Below are positions 38,701 through 48,887 of a DNA stretch of 64,000 nt, piece after piece. Made by a program: the position numbers and the translations under genes. Numbering within the stretch: the stretch's first letter is position 1; every line of letters begins with the position of its first letter. The DNA comes from Nemertoderma westbladi (taxonomy: Eukaryota; Animalia; Xenacoelomorpha). The notes under the pieces were generated by a model. The model searched no databases. It saw only the letters and a list, made by a program, of their open reading frames with translations, and was not told where the DNA came from. The DNA is taken from the NCBI GenBank assembly GCA_032718475.1, contig JAUCBJ010003840.1:1-64000 (forward strand), read 5' to 3'.

Positions 38701-41700
38701 TCTATGATCGACATGATCTTACAAGAGAACTCGTTCTACTTTAGTTCGAGTTATGATCTCACACACACGATGCAGCGTTACCATAACGCGTCGTCAGAGT
38801 TCGAGTTAATGGGACTGTTAGAACGCGCGGACCAGCGGTTTGTGTGGAACTCCGGGTTGCTACGGGATTTAGCGAGTCACGGCGGACTACACCGATACCT
38901 ACTCCCGGTGATGTGCGGCTTCGTGTCCATCCGAAGTTGCTCTGTGGGCGGGAGGCGGTTCGTGTGGGCGCTGGTCTCGAGGTTGGCGTGGTTGCGCGCC
39001 GGCGCGCGGTACTACATGCGCGGCTTGGACCAGGACGGGAACGCCGCCAACTACGTGGAGACCGAACAGATCGTGGAATACTCGAGAAACTGTTGCAGCT
39101 TCGTGCAGACTCGGGGTTCGATACCGTTGTACTGGTCGCAGTGTCCCAACCTCTGGTACAAACCGGTCCCTTTGTTAGCCGACCCAGAGGACCAGACGGC
39201 CGGATTCGGTAGACACTTCGACGAACAATTCTACCGTTACGGGAAACAAACAATCGTTAATCTCGTAGACAATAAAGGCAAAGAGAAGATTCTGAACGGG
39301 GCATTCGAGAGAACTGTTGAAAGGAGTCGGAACAAATACCCAGGACTTTCTTACGAATATTTCGACTTTCATAAGGAGTGTAGCCAACTGCGATGGGGTC
39401 GTTTGTCTATTCTTATCGACCGTCTCGAGCCCCAGAGACTCTCTCACGGATACTTCCACGTGACTCGAGATGGAACCCACGTTAGAAAACAGACCGGAGT
39501 GTTCCGCACCAACTGCATCGACTGTCTGGACCGCACCAACGTGGTGCAGAGCCTCGTGGCTAAACGCAGTCTCGCGCAGCAACTGGTCGCCTTGGGGGTC
39601 ATCAGCGAGTTCGGGGTGGTTGACGAGTTGGAAGAGATGGACCGGGTCTACAAATCGGTCTGGGCGGACAACGCGGACACCTGCGCTCGACACTACACCG
39701 GCACGGGGGCCCTCAAGACGGACTACACGCGGACGGGGAAACGCACCGTGCTGGGGGCCCTCAAGGACGGGTGGAACTCCAGCATACGATACTACAAGAA
39801 CAACTTCACTGACGGTTATAAACAGGACGCGATAGACCTGTTCCTGGGCAACTACGTGGTCACGGGGACAGAGGGTGTGGGGAACGTTCCCTCCCCGTTG
39901 CGTTCCGCTCCCACCAGACTCCAGGTCATCCTTCCGCTGCTCCTCATCGTCTCTCTTGCCGTACTCATCGTCATCTTCCTTCTCCCCTCTTCCGACCTCC
40001 GTCTCCAGTACGGACACGTCCTCTTCTGGACTCTCATCATCGTCTCTTCGGTTTATCTTATCCTCCGAAACGGTTACGAGTTTGTCGACCGACCCCGGTT
40101 AGTAATTCGTCCGGAACTCAACGTCGTTGTCTAACCGTTAAGATTCCTAACTAACTCTCGCCTTACTCTAATAGAATTCCAGTTTGTTTCTTTCTAGAAT
40201 ACTTCAGATCGTTGTTACATTTCCTCTTACTAGTTTCCGCCTATAATTTCCGTAAGTATTCCACCCCCCGCTCTCACCCCCTAATTAATTATGCAATGTT
40301 AATTTGACGGCTGGATATTTTTTTGTTGCTAATTTAATTATTGTGGGAATTAAAAGATACGACATAATTGAACCAACATAATATAGATGATTATTTAATT
40401 CAATACAATGTTACTACAACCACACTGTCTAGAGTCTACCACACTATCTACCACACCTACCACACTATCTACTGTATTTCATTTTAGACTTAATTGTAGC
40501 AAAAATTATTTTCAACAAGAATATTATTTATGGGATTTTGAGTTGATTTGTGTTTAATGGTGCAATTTTATTTAGATAATAAATGTGAGTCTATTAGTTA
40601 AATGGTTTATTGCTGGGCGATATTTGTAGTGGCATTGACGTTGCTATTTGTGTTTAAACTATTTACTATCTATATGCTAGTATTGATTGAGTGTGCTTTA
40701 AATTAAATATTATAATAGAGAAGCGGCAATAATAATAACATTGTCATTTAAACAAACCTTCACTTGTTTCCTAGGTTACCCCTGCCACTCACTGTCGGCA
40801 GTCTAGGAGTCGAGCAGAATTCCGGTTCCGGTTACCGGAACCGGAATTAAATAAAAATATCGAGAGTAACAATTTTTTAATAAGGGTTGTATATTTATTT
40901 TTTCCTATAAATGTTCTAGAGCAAAAAACATGTGTTCTAGAATAAAAATATTCATAAAAATTGATAGCTATCACATCTTCTATAATATTTTTTACTCTCG
41001 ATATTTTTACTCTCGATATTTTTACTATCGATATTTTTACTATCGATATGTTTACTCTCGCTCGATATTTTTACTCTCGCTCGATATTTTTCATGTCTCG
41101 ATATTTTTTAATATAACCGGTTTTTCACGTCCGTGTGAGCCCCCACGCTTTTTCACGTCCATGTGAGCCCACACCTTTAAACGTACACGTCCATGTGAGC
41201 CCAACCGCTTTTTCACGTCCATGTGAGCCCCACGCTTATACTTACACGTCCATGTGAGCCCAACCGCTTTTTCACGTCCATGTGAGCCCACACGCTTAAA
41301 CTTACACGTCCATGTGAGCCCACACGCTTAAACTTACACGTCCATGTGAGCCCCACGCTTATATTTACACGTCCGTGTGAGCCCCCACGCCTTTTCACGT
41401 CCATGTGAGCCCACACCTTTAAACGTACACGTCCATGTGAGCCCAACCGCTTTTTCACGTCCATGTGAGCCCCACGCTTATACTTACACGTCCATGTGAG
41501 CCCAACCGCTTTTTCACGTCCATGTGAGCCCACACGCTTAAACTTACACGTCCATGTGAGCCCACACGCTTAAACTTACACGTCCATGTGAGCCCCACGC
41601 TTATATTTACACGTCCGTGTGAGCCCCCACGCCTTTTCACGTCCATGTGAGCCCACACCTTTAAACTTACACGTCCATGTGAGCCCACACGCTTAAACTT

Positions 41701-44700
41701 ACACGTCCATGTGAGCCCCACGCTTATATTTACACGTCCGTGTGAGCCCCACGCTTATACTTACACGTCCCGTCCGTGTGAGCCCCCACGCCTTTTCACG
41801 TCCATGTGAGTCCACACGCTTAAACTTACACGTCCATGTGAGCCCCACGCTTATATTTACACGTCCGTGTGAGCCCCACGCTTATACCTACACGTCCCGT
41901 CCGTGTGAGCCCCCACGCCTTTTCACGTCCATGTGAGCCCACACGCTTAAACTTACACGTCCATGTGAGCCCCACGCTTACACTTACACGTCCGTGTAAG
42001 CCCCCACGCCTTTTCACGTCCATGTGAGCCCACACGCTTAAACTTACACGTCCATGTGAGCCCCACGCTTATACTTACACGTCCGTGTGAGCCCCCACGC
42101 TTTTTCACGTCCATGTGAGCCCACACGCTTAGAGCCCACACGCTTAAACTTACACGTCCATGTGAGCCCCACGCTTATACTTACACGTACGTGCGAGCCC
42201 CCACGCTTTTTCACGTCCATGTGAGCCCACACGCTTAAACTTACACGTCCCTGTGAGCCCCACGCTTATACTTACACGTCCGTGTGAGCCCCCACGCTTT
42301 TTCACGTCCATGTGAGCCCACACGCTTAAACTTACACGTCCATGTGAGCCCACACGCTTAAACTTACACGTCAATGTGAGCCCCCACGCTTTTTTTCACG
42401 TCCATGTGAGCCCACACGTTTAAACTTACACGCCCATGTGAGCCCAACCGCTTTTTCACGTCCATGTGAGACCACACGTTTAAACTTACACGTCCGTGTG
42501 AGCCCCCACGCTTTTTCACGTCCATGTGAACCCCCACGCTTAAACTTACACGTCCATGTGAGCCCCCACGCCTTTTCACGTCCATGTGAGCCCCCACTTA
42601 AACTTACACGTCCGTGTGAGCCCCCACGCTTTTTCACGTCCATGTGAGACCACACGTTTAAACTTACACGTCCGTGTGAGCCCAACCGCTTTTTCACGTC
42701 CATGTGAGACCACACGTTTAAACTTACACGTCCGTGTGAGCCCCCACGCTTTTTCACGTCCATGTGAGCCCAGCTGCTTTTTCACGTCCATGTGAGCCCC
42801 CACTTAAACTTACACGTCCGTGTGAGCCCCCACGCTTTTTCACGTCCATGTGAGACCACACGTTTAAACTTACACGCCCATGTGAGCCCAACCGCTTTTT
42901 CACGTCCATGTGAGACCACACGTTTAAACTTACACGTCCGTGTGAGCCCCCACGCTTTTTCACGTCCATGTGAACCCCCACGCTTAAACTTACACGTCCG
43001 TGTGAGCCCCCACGCTTTTTCACGTCCATGTGAGCCCCCACGCTTAAACTTACACGTCCGTGTGAGCCCCACGCTTTTTCACGTCCATGTGAGCCCCCAC
43101 GCTTAAACTTACACGTCCGTGTGAGCCCAACCGCTTTTTCACGTCCATGTGAGCCCCCACGCTTAAACTTACACGTCCGTGTGAGCCCCCACGCTTTTTC
43201 ACGTCCATGTGAGCCCCCACGCTTAAACTTACACGTCCGTGTGAGCCCAACCGCTTTTTCACGTCCATGTGAGCCCCCACGCTTAAACTTACACGTCCGT
43301 GTGAGCCCCCACGCTTTTTCACGTCCATGTGAACCCCAACGCTTAAACTTACACGTCCGTGTGAGCCCCCACGCTTTTTTATTATTGATAGTAACAATGT
43401 GTTGGCAAGCTGTATTTTTCGAGGTGTTTCTTATTATACAATTATTATAGAAAGGGATCTAGGGGTCTTAACCTCGAATGATAAGTTTATTTTACCGAAA
43501 ATAACTTATCATTTATTGGCGCAATTGTAGGACTAATCCCATCACATGCGTACTTTTAAACCGGGTAGTGTACAAATTTAGGAATCGCGTATTTTTTCTT
43601 GAAATTAATATCTCATATCTCTCCAAACCACGTACGCGTTTCGACCTTACTGGGTCTCATCAGCGTGGTGTCGGATTCGAACCTGGGACCTCGAGGTGGA
43701 AGCGGAGACTACAACCACTAGGCCACAGGTTCTTGAGATATGGAGTATTAATTTCAAAGCCAGCTGCCATTTTTTCACGTCCATGTGAGCCCCCACGCTT
43801 AAACTTACACGTCCATGTGAGCCCAGCTGCTTTTTCACGTCCATGTGAGACCACACGTTTAAACTTACACGTCCGTGTGAGCCCCCACGCTTTTTCACGT
43901 CCATGTGAGCCCCCACGCTTAAACTTACACGTCCATGTGAGCCCCCACGCTTTTTCACGTCCATGTGAGCCCCCACGCTTAAACTTACACGTCCATGTGA
44001 GCCCAGCTGCTTTTTCACGTCCATGTGAGACCACACGTTTAAACTTACACGTCCGTGTGAGCCCCCACGCTTTTTCACGTCCATGTGAGCCCCCATGCTT
44101 AAACTTACACGTCCATGTGAGCCCAGCTGCTTTTTCACTTCCATGTGAGCCCCCACGCTTTTTCACGTCCATGTGAGCCCCCACGCTTAAACTTACACGT
44201 CCATGTGAGCCCAGCTGCTTTTTCACGTCCATGTGAGACCACGCGTTTAAACTTACACGTCCGTGTGACCCCCACGCTTTTTCACGTCCATGTGAGCCCC
44301 CACGCTTAAACTTACACGTCCATGTGAGCCCCCACGCTTTTTCACGTCCATGTGAGCCCCCATGCTTAAACTTACACGTCCATGTGAGCCCAGCTGCTTT
44401 TTCACGTCCATGTGAGACCACACGTTGAAACTTACACGTCCGTGTGAGCCCCACGCTTTTTCACGTCCATGTGAGCCCCCACGCTTAAACTTACACGTCC
44501 ATGTGAGCCCCCACGCTTTTTCACGTCCATGTGAGCCCAACCGCTTTTTCACTTCCATGTGAGCCCCCACGCTTTTTCACGTCCATGTGAGCCCACACGC
44601 TTATACTTACACGTCTGTATGAGCTCGACTTTCCATAATACGATAAAAACAGGAAGGTAATTCTTCACATTTTCAAAACAATGAGAAATTTGCGCGACTA

Positions 44701-46892
44701 ATCTACAGGCAAAACCAATTCTATGAAAGTTCTATCAATGTGCTTGCCGGTACAGGTAGTGCTATTACAGAATTCCCTTTCCAACCTACAAGTCGTGCTG
44801 ACATACCTGGTATTACTCGCTCCCATAATTCCTTTTGTTCCGCCAGACTAGAACAGGCAGCAACGAACCAACAGTTACCTAGGTGACCCTGCGTGACGTC
44901 ACCCGATGACACACCGCTCACTACCATCTGTGGATTCTTGGTAATTTCCTATAGAAAAAACGAAATAAGGAAAGAATAGTGAGTGAAATTGTAACATTAG
45001 GATCGAAAATTATTATTATCGCCTTTTATGCGAAGCATTAAATGTTATTGTTAGAGCTCTAGCAGCATACACATACATCGGCCATAACAATCAGTCATGT
45101 AATTCCCCAAATTCGCCTGTAATTATCACGACATGTATGTTTCAGCAAACGTTCTAGGAATGCCAATGGTTGACCACCACGTTACCTTGGATACCATAGA
45201 ACAAGATTACAGACAGACTGATCAGTTATACGATGGTAGTGGCCAGCAAATCCCCATCGATCAACTTATCTATCTCGATAAATAGATAAGTTGATTAATT
45301 GATTAACAGCCTTTGTTTCCCGGGCTAATTTAAACCTTCGTTTTCGGCAGTTACTCCCCGTTTTAACAAATAAAACATCCTGCCACTCGATACCCACTAT
45401 ACTGTAACGCTTTGTTTGTTACCGGCTTTCTGTTTGCACACCAAGCGAAACATTGCATCATTGTAGTATATTGAAAGGGGGGGGGGGGGGGGGGGGGGGC
45501 TGGACGTAAATCCCATCTCGGCTAATTAATAATTCGTCTTAATGTTGAATTACCTTAGGGAAAGGAGCAGGTTACAGTGGCACGTTATTTTAACCAAAAC
45601 AATAAACTAAACACAATAGAACAGCTTACAGTTGTATCTTTGAGAGTAATCAGCTGTTATTTGCGTCGACGTTCCCCTGGAGAGGGATGAATTTCTATTG
45701 CGTTGAATATAATTGCAACGCGTGCAATTTGGCGATGTTCCTCCAAATATGTATGGCTAATCATCATTATAGGTGATATTGATAGCATATATAGTATATT
45801 TTTCATTGTAACATTTCATTAGATGAAAGAAAGTTTTAAATTGTATTACTGTAGCAGCAAGAAGGTAACTTTAGCTAGCTGCATCAGGTAGTCGCGTTAC
45901 TTGCTATAATTTCATTTAAATTACCGTGGAATGTGAGTTTTATGTAAAGGAGTTAACTTCTTAAGTTATCATATTTGACCAATAGCAGCAGGTGGTGTTC
46001 CTACTGTCCTACCTTGTTCTGTAAACACCAATCATAAATCATTTATAACATTTCCTGAAACACGTAAGCGAAATACAGGAAGTGAAAAGGACTGCATGAC
46101 AATATTATATAAACGGTAAATAAAAATTCAAAACAAATGTATTAGATTCGCCGATATCATATTTCGAGAATAACTAAAAGCGTTACCGAAAAACATTACA
46201 AACTTACACTCAGAACCCCCAGAGGTGTGGCTATCTAGTTACCGGCACTACTACACTACCGGCACCTCATACACCGGAATAACCAACCTATCGTATGAAA
46301 CACCTACCGGCGGTCTCAGCCATACCACTGAACCGATCTTATACGACGCCAGAGAAGAATCACTGGCGGAGAATTCTGGGTCCACCCATAATTCCCCGCT
46401 GTTACGACAACGCTTACTGATCGCGGCGTAATTCTGGTCTTTAAACTTAACAACACCACTGAAGAGCGACGCCAACCCTAAAGAAATAAACATTAGATGT
46501 ACTTAATATAACAAACAACTACAGAACTACATATACTAATGATATAGGCTTATTCCTTTAGAGTACATAATATATTTAATAATGGTACCAGCACCAGAAG
46601 TAATCCGCTTTTCTAATAGTCTAAAAAGCTAACAATTAAGAAAAAACTTACCCTTATCTTTTCTGCCGTATTTAACCTTCGGCATATTTCGCGAACCACA
46701 CTGGATGGCCGATGAACCGAATCGAATAAACCGCCGCCACGAGATTGATCGAAATTTACGTCGATGTCTAAATAACCACCAGAATATCGGTAATAACGTT
46801 CCGGCCAAAAGGACAGCTCCACAATATCTGATCAGCCCAGATTTAATGACCAAAATGACACAAATCCAAGTGAAGTAAAATAAAGAACTCAT
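20708..46892 (-). CDS. CAPN5: Calpain-5 / TRA-3-type calpain (CysPc + domain III + C2), 13 exons, ~711 aa with exon 9a
   Basis: All exons are GT-AG and phase-compatible: 46892-46652, 46477-46308, 44948-44807, 35726-35537, 34371-34179, 33836-33737, 32623-32470, 29779-29584, 29440-29339 (or 26797-26657), 25389-25193, 24978-24851, 22871-22735, 20893-20708. The catalytic triad is intact ([19 protein letters not shown]). The C-terminus is a C2 domain (GADPY...NTVNPTW...[13 protein letters not shown]) rather than penta-EF-hand. The start codon and exon 1 are the least certain parts. Confidence 0.92.
22938..24857 (-). repeat. 19 bp minisatellite (~100 copies) derived from the calpain exon 11 donor
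   Basis: Sense unit GCTGGAG|GTAGG(T/C)TGGTGA; the real junction is GCTGGAG|GTATGTTGGTGA at 24851/24850. The array fills almost the whole intron. Confidence 0.97.
25449..25535. repeat. 18 bp tandem repeat, ~5 copies
   Basis: Unit tttagaac(a/g)acttgagac, ~60 nt upstream of the exon 10 acceptor. Confidence 0.9.
26657..26797 (-). CDS. CAPN5: Calpain-5 alternative exon 9b (paralogue of exon 9a)
   Basis: ttattcag|[47 protein letters not shown]|gtcatt; 141 nt, phase 0-0, aligns with exon 9a. It is absent from the ORF track. Confidence 0.85.
26905..27650. repeat. 58 bp minisatellite, ~13 copies, between exons 9a and 9b
   Basis: Unit aatagtggcagcaataagtgcaacaatctctgtaacacatgcgaacacatacacacac. Confidence 0.96.
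28030..28320 (-). mobile_element. Heavily decayed RTE-like LINE remnant
   Basis: [16 protein letters not shown]...[11 protein letters not shown] resembles the 3' region of the element at 58330-59260 (SVHSHELWRPHG). Confidence 0.45.
28956..29048. repeat. 30 bp tandem repeat, 3 copies
   Basis: Unit ccggtaggcggtaagacacgcatccggtca. Confidence 0.9.
29339..29440 (-). CDS. CAPN5: Calpain-5 exon 9a
   Basis: ccag|[34 protein letters not shown]|gtagat; 102 nt, phase 0-0; follows ...QNPQ and precedes VEMNR. Confidence 0.88.
29509..29569. repeat. (CCGT)n microsatellite in the 143 nt calpain intron 8
   Basis: About 15 perfect units. Confidence 0.95.
30087..32033. repeat. 14 bp C/G-skewed minisatellite, ~139 copies
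   Basis: Unit cataccccacccag (calpain sense strand CTGGGTGGGGTATG). Confidence 0.98.
35308..35575 (-). repeat. 66-67 bp tandem repeat copying the calpain exon 4 end and donor (3 extra copies)
   Basis: ccttactttgcgtaagctttctccagtaa starts at 35331, 35397, 35464 and 35531; the last is the real junction. Confidence 0.97.
35749..35864. repeat. 40 bp tandem repeat, ~3 copies, just upstream of the exon 4 acceptor
   Basis: Approximate unit tgttactaagagaccgatcattataattacgtcacgatgc. Confidence 0.85.
35915..36112. repeat. Dispersed ~200 bp repeat family (second copy ~45500-45703, fragment ~59450-59500)
   Basis: Shared blocks ggaaaggagcaggttacagtg, aataaactaaacacaatagaacag and gagtaatcagctgttatttgcgtcga...cccctggagagggatg. 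Confidence 0.75.
36236..37084. mobile_element. Foldback/MITE with ~400 bp imperfect inverted arms and TA target-site duplication (Tc1/mariner-like)
   Basis: TA|caccataacccttaatacaacaaccattttta ... aaaaatggttgttgtattaagggttatggtg|TA; the arms stay alignable inward to ~36630/36680. Confidence 0.8.
37440..37900 (-). mobile_element. Penelope-like 3' fragment (GIY-YIG C-terminus plus terminal region)
   Basis: The minus strand gives [12 protein letters not shown]...FKHFKFIA...[16 protein letters not shown], followed by a degenerate CTGAGAA..GCC..GGC.GAAAC motif. Confidence 0.5.
38335..40134 (+). CDS. SACM1L: SAC1 phosphatidylinositol-4-phosphate phosphatase, 599 aa, intronless, nested antisense in calpain intron 3
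   Basis: SAC motifs [48 protein letters not shown] and the catalytic [12 protein letters not shown] (CX5R). Two C-terminal hydrophobic helices. Uninterrupted ORF. Confidence 0.96.
   Translation: MTTPVYDTLRLYITGTHFYVHPEDPLVKEILLIDRVSGNISLVKEETSRFIPGHAIQRLIYGIMGVVRLLAGPYLVVITERVKVGEIDGHNIWKVGATEIFSYLRIIRHLDDQQLQDNDSYYSMIDMILQENSFYFSSSYDLTHTMQRYHNASSEFELMGLLERADQRFVWNSGLLRDLASHGGLHRYLLPVMCGFVSIRSCSVGGRRFVWALVSRLAWLRAGARYYMRGLDQDGNAANYVETEQIVEYSRNCCSFVQTRGSIPLYWSQCPNLWYKPVPLLADPEDQTAGFGRHFDEQFYRYGKQTIVNLVDNKGKEKILNGAFERTVERSRNKYPGLSYEYFDFHKECSQLRWGRLSILIDRLEPQRLSHGYFHVTRDGTHVRKQTGVFRTNCIDCLDRTNVVQSLVAKRSLAQQLVALGVISEFGVVDELEEMDRVYKSVWADNADTCARHYTGTGALKTDYTRTGKRTVLGALKDGWNSSIRYYKNNFTDGYKQDAIDLFLGNYVVTGTEGVGNVPSPLRSAPTRLQVILPLLLIVSLAVLIVIFLLPSSDLRLQYGHVLFWTLIIVSSVYLILRNGYEFVDRPRLVIRPELNVVV
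43599..43757 (-). mobile_element. 159 bp SINE/retrozyme-like element: inverted repeat, tRNA-type A/B boxes, hammerhead, inverted repeat
   Basis: A box TGGCCTAGTGG (43725-43715) and B box GGTTCGAATCC (43683-43673) lie directly upstream of the hammerhead. 23 nt imperfect inverted repeats at 43599-43621 and 43735-43757. Confidence 0.7.
43627..43669 (-). ncRNA. Minimal type I hammerhead ribozyme
   Basis: The minus strand reads ACCACG-CUGAUGA-GACC(cagtaa)GGUC-GAAA-CGCG-UA^CGUGGU. The core is fully conserved, with a 6 bp stem I, a 4 bp stem II and a palindromic minimal stem III (ACGCGU). Predicted cleavage is between 43633 and 43632. Confidence 0.85.
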
Positions 46893-48887
46893 TCATCAAC
46901 TACTTCGGAAGTAGTTGATCTGGTAATATATGGAGAAGAACCCATCACTAAATATTCAATGTTTTATTTAGGCCTACAAGAGAATTCCACACACATAAAG
47001 ACATAGGCCTACTGACTCACTGATATAGTAGCACATACTACTGTACTACACCTACTAAAACTACATAATTATTACAAGTACTTACTTTACTAGCCAGGTA
47101 GAGATATGATATATATACCATACCTGCAACAACTAACAACCACTAATTACCTCAATGCAATCAGCCAAACACCTATACTCACTGCATAAGTTCATACCTC
47201 CATATGGGTAATGGACTAGGGCCTACATAAATGTATTAGCCAATCAAAAGCAACCATCGGTTAATGAAATCAATAATGTAATGAATGAAATATTACTGTC
47301 CGTACAGCAGTAGGCCTTATACTGTTATACAGATATAGAAATAAGTAAATAAGAACAGAAGAAGGCTGATATAAGTACTGAAGTAGACCTAACGGTACCC
47401 TGCTGTGTCCGTGTCCATTGTTCGGGAAGGTCTACAAGTAAAGTAAACTATGTCAGATTTGTAGAAAGCAGAGCGAGTTCCTGAGCATCAGAGGAGCAGA
47501 GCTCAGAGCGTCGGAACGTGAAGCAACAACAGATAAACAACCTGATAGGAATGTTTTCAAAATTGGCTTCCCGCGCTTACTTAAACACGCCATTTAGACC
47601 GTTTCCGCGTGTTTTTACAAAAAAACACCCCGCCACTCGATTCCCACACCTTGTTACGGTAACCCTTATTTGATTGTTTCTAGCCCAACAATTTTTTCGC
47701 GCACTAACCATATTGTAATGTAATTAACAAAATAATAACTGCACAAGCTGACAAGTAAATTAAAAATTATTTTAACTCATTTACTATGATTACATAAAAT
47801 ATAACACAAAGAAAGTAAAACAAACAGGCAATGATTGAACAATTACGTCGTATATGGATGGATGGGTGGAGAAGATAACAGAGGCGATAGTGCCACCTCA
47901 GCACTTACGAGTGTATCTCCTGATCTATATTAGATCAATATAATGTATAAATAAAATAGGCCCAAGTATCTCATAAAAAATAAAATATACCGGTACTAAA
48001 ACCAAATGGATTAAATACATGAGAGGCTAAGCCCTCTAATCTAATTTAGTAAAATATTGAATAACTTTTGGGATTAAGTGTTAACAGAAATAGTTACTGC
48101 AGTAGTGATTTAAACACTGTCAGTCTGTAGTACAGTAGTAGCAGTGTTGTCAACCAGTTCAGCCAGGCAATTTACAGCTGTTACACGTATCCCAGCAACA
48201 TCACTAACAATAACATAGTAATTTGACAGAACCATTCGGAGTTTTCCAACGAGAAAATGCTTATCGGACCCGCACCAAAAAGACAAAAAACTATATGATA
48301 GGATTTCAATTATAAAATTTGAGTAATGAAACTTAGTTACTAATGCCTTTACATGGTTGTTACCTACAAAGTTGCTAAGCGGTACACGTATAATATTAAC
48401 TGTAGTCCCGCATGAATATAGTAGTCACTTATTCCTCTGGTGTAATGCAGTATGTATATGAAGTAGTCCGGATGAGAATGCTTTATACGACAGGTGAAAA
48501 ATAATTTGCGTTCATAAGACAGTGGAATTTAGGCCGTTCCAGGTACATCCTGAGAATAATAAATAGAGATATTTCAACCCTCATTTTATTAGGATCTTAA
48601 TTTCTCAGAAAAGTTTGTTGGCCTTCAGATGACTACGGAAACTATGCAGTATTATATTGTTACATACTAATCTTTATTATCACCTTTATTGACTGTCTGA
48701 ACTATAAATTTTATTAGCATATATAATTTTGTCACATCATCTCAACTTCTACGAGATCTTAAAGGCTTAATTATACTTGCTGTAGTAAGAAACACAGTAT
48801 AAAAGGTTCTCTTATTTCATTAATTTATGAATGCCAAGTCCCCATCCCCACACACACATCACACTAATTGTTTAATCAATGTTTTTA

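Larger units (their letters stand above)
41121..44615. repeat. Complex ~27-33 bp satellite (core CACGTCC(A/G)TGTGAGCC), split by an insertion at ~43380-43770
   Basis: Alternating ...gctttttCACGTCC and ...gcttaaacttaCACGTCC sub-units forming ~60 bp dimers. Short tcgatatttttac repeats precede it at ~40988-41110. Confidence 0.95.

Noticed and set aside
38759-40102. Antisense and shifted ORFs overlapping SAC1
   Set aside because: Shadow ORFs of a GC3-rich coding sequence.
43663-43730. tRNA gene
   Set aside because: A and B boxes are present but no acceptor or anticodon stem can be formed; treated as a SINE-type head.
46613-46822. Alternative frame [11 protein letters not shown] as calpain exon 1
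   Set aside because: Starts at a non-ATG codon and is in the wrong phase for the exon 2 acceptor.
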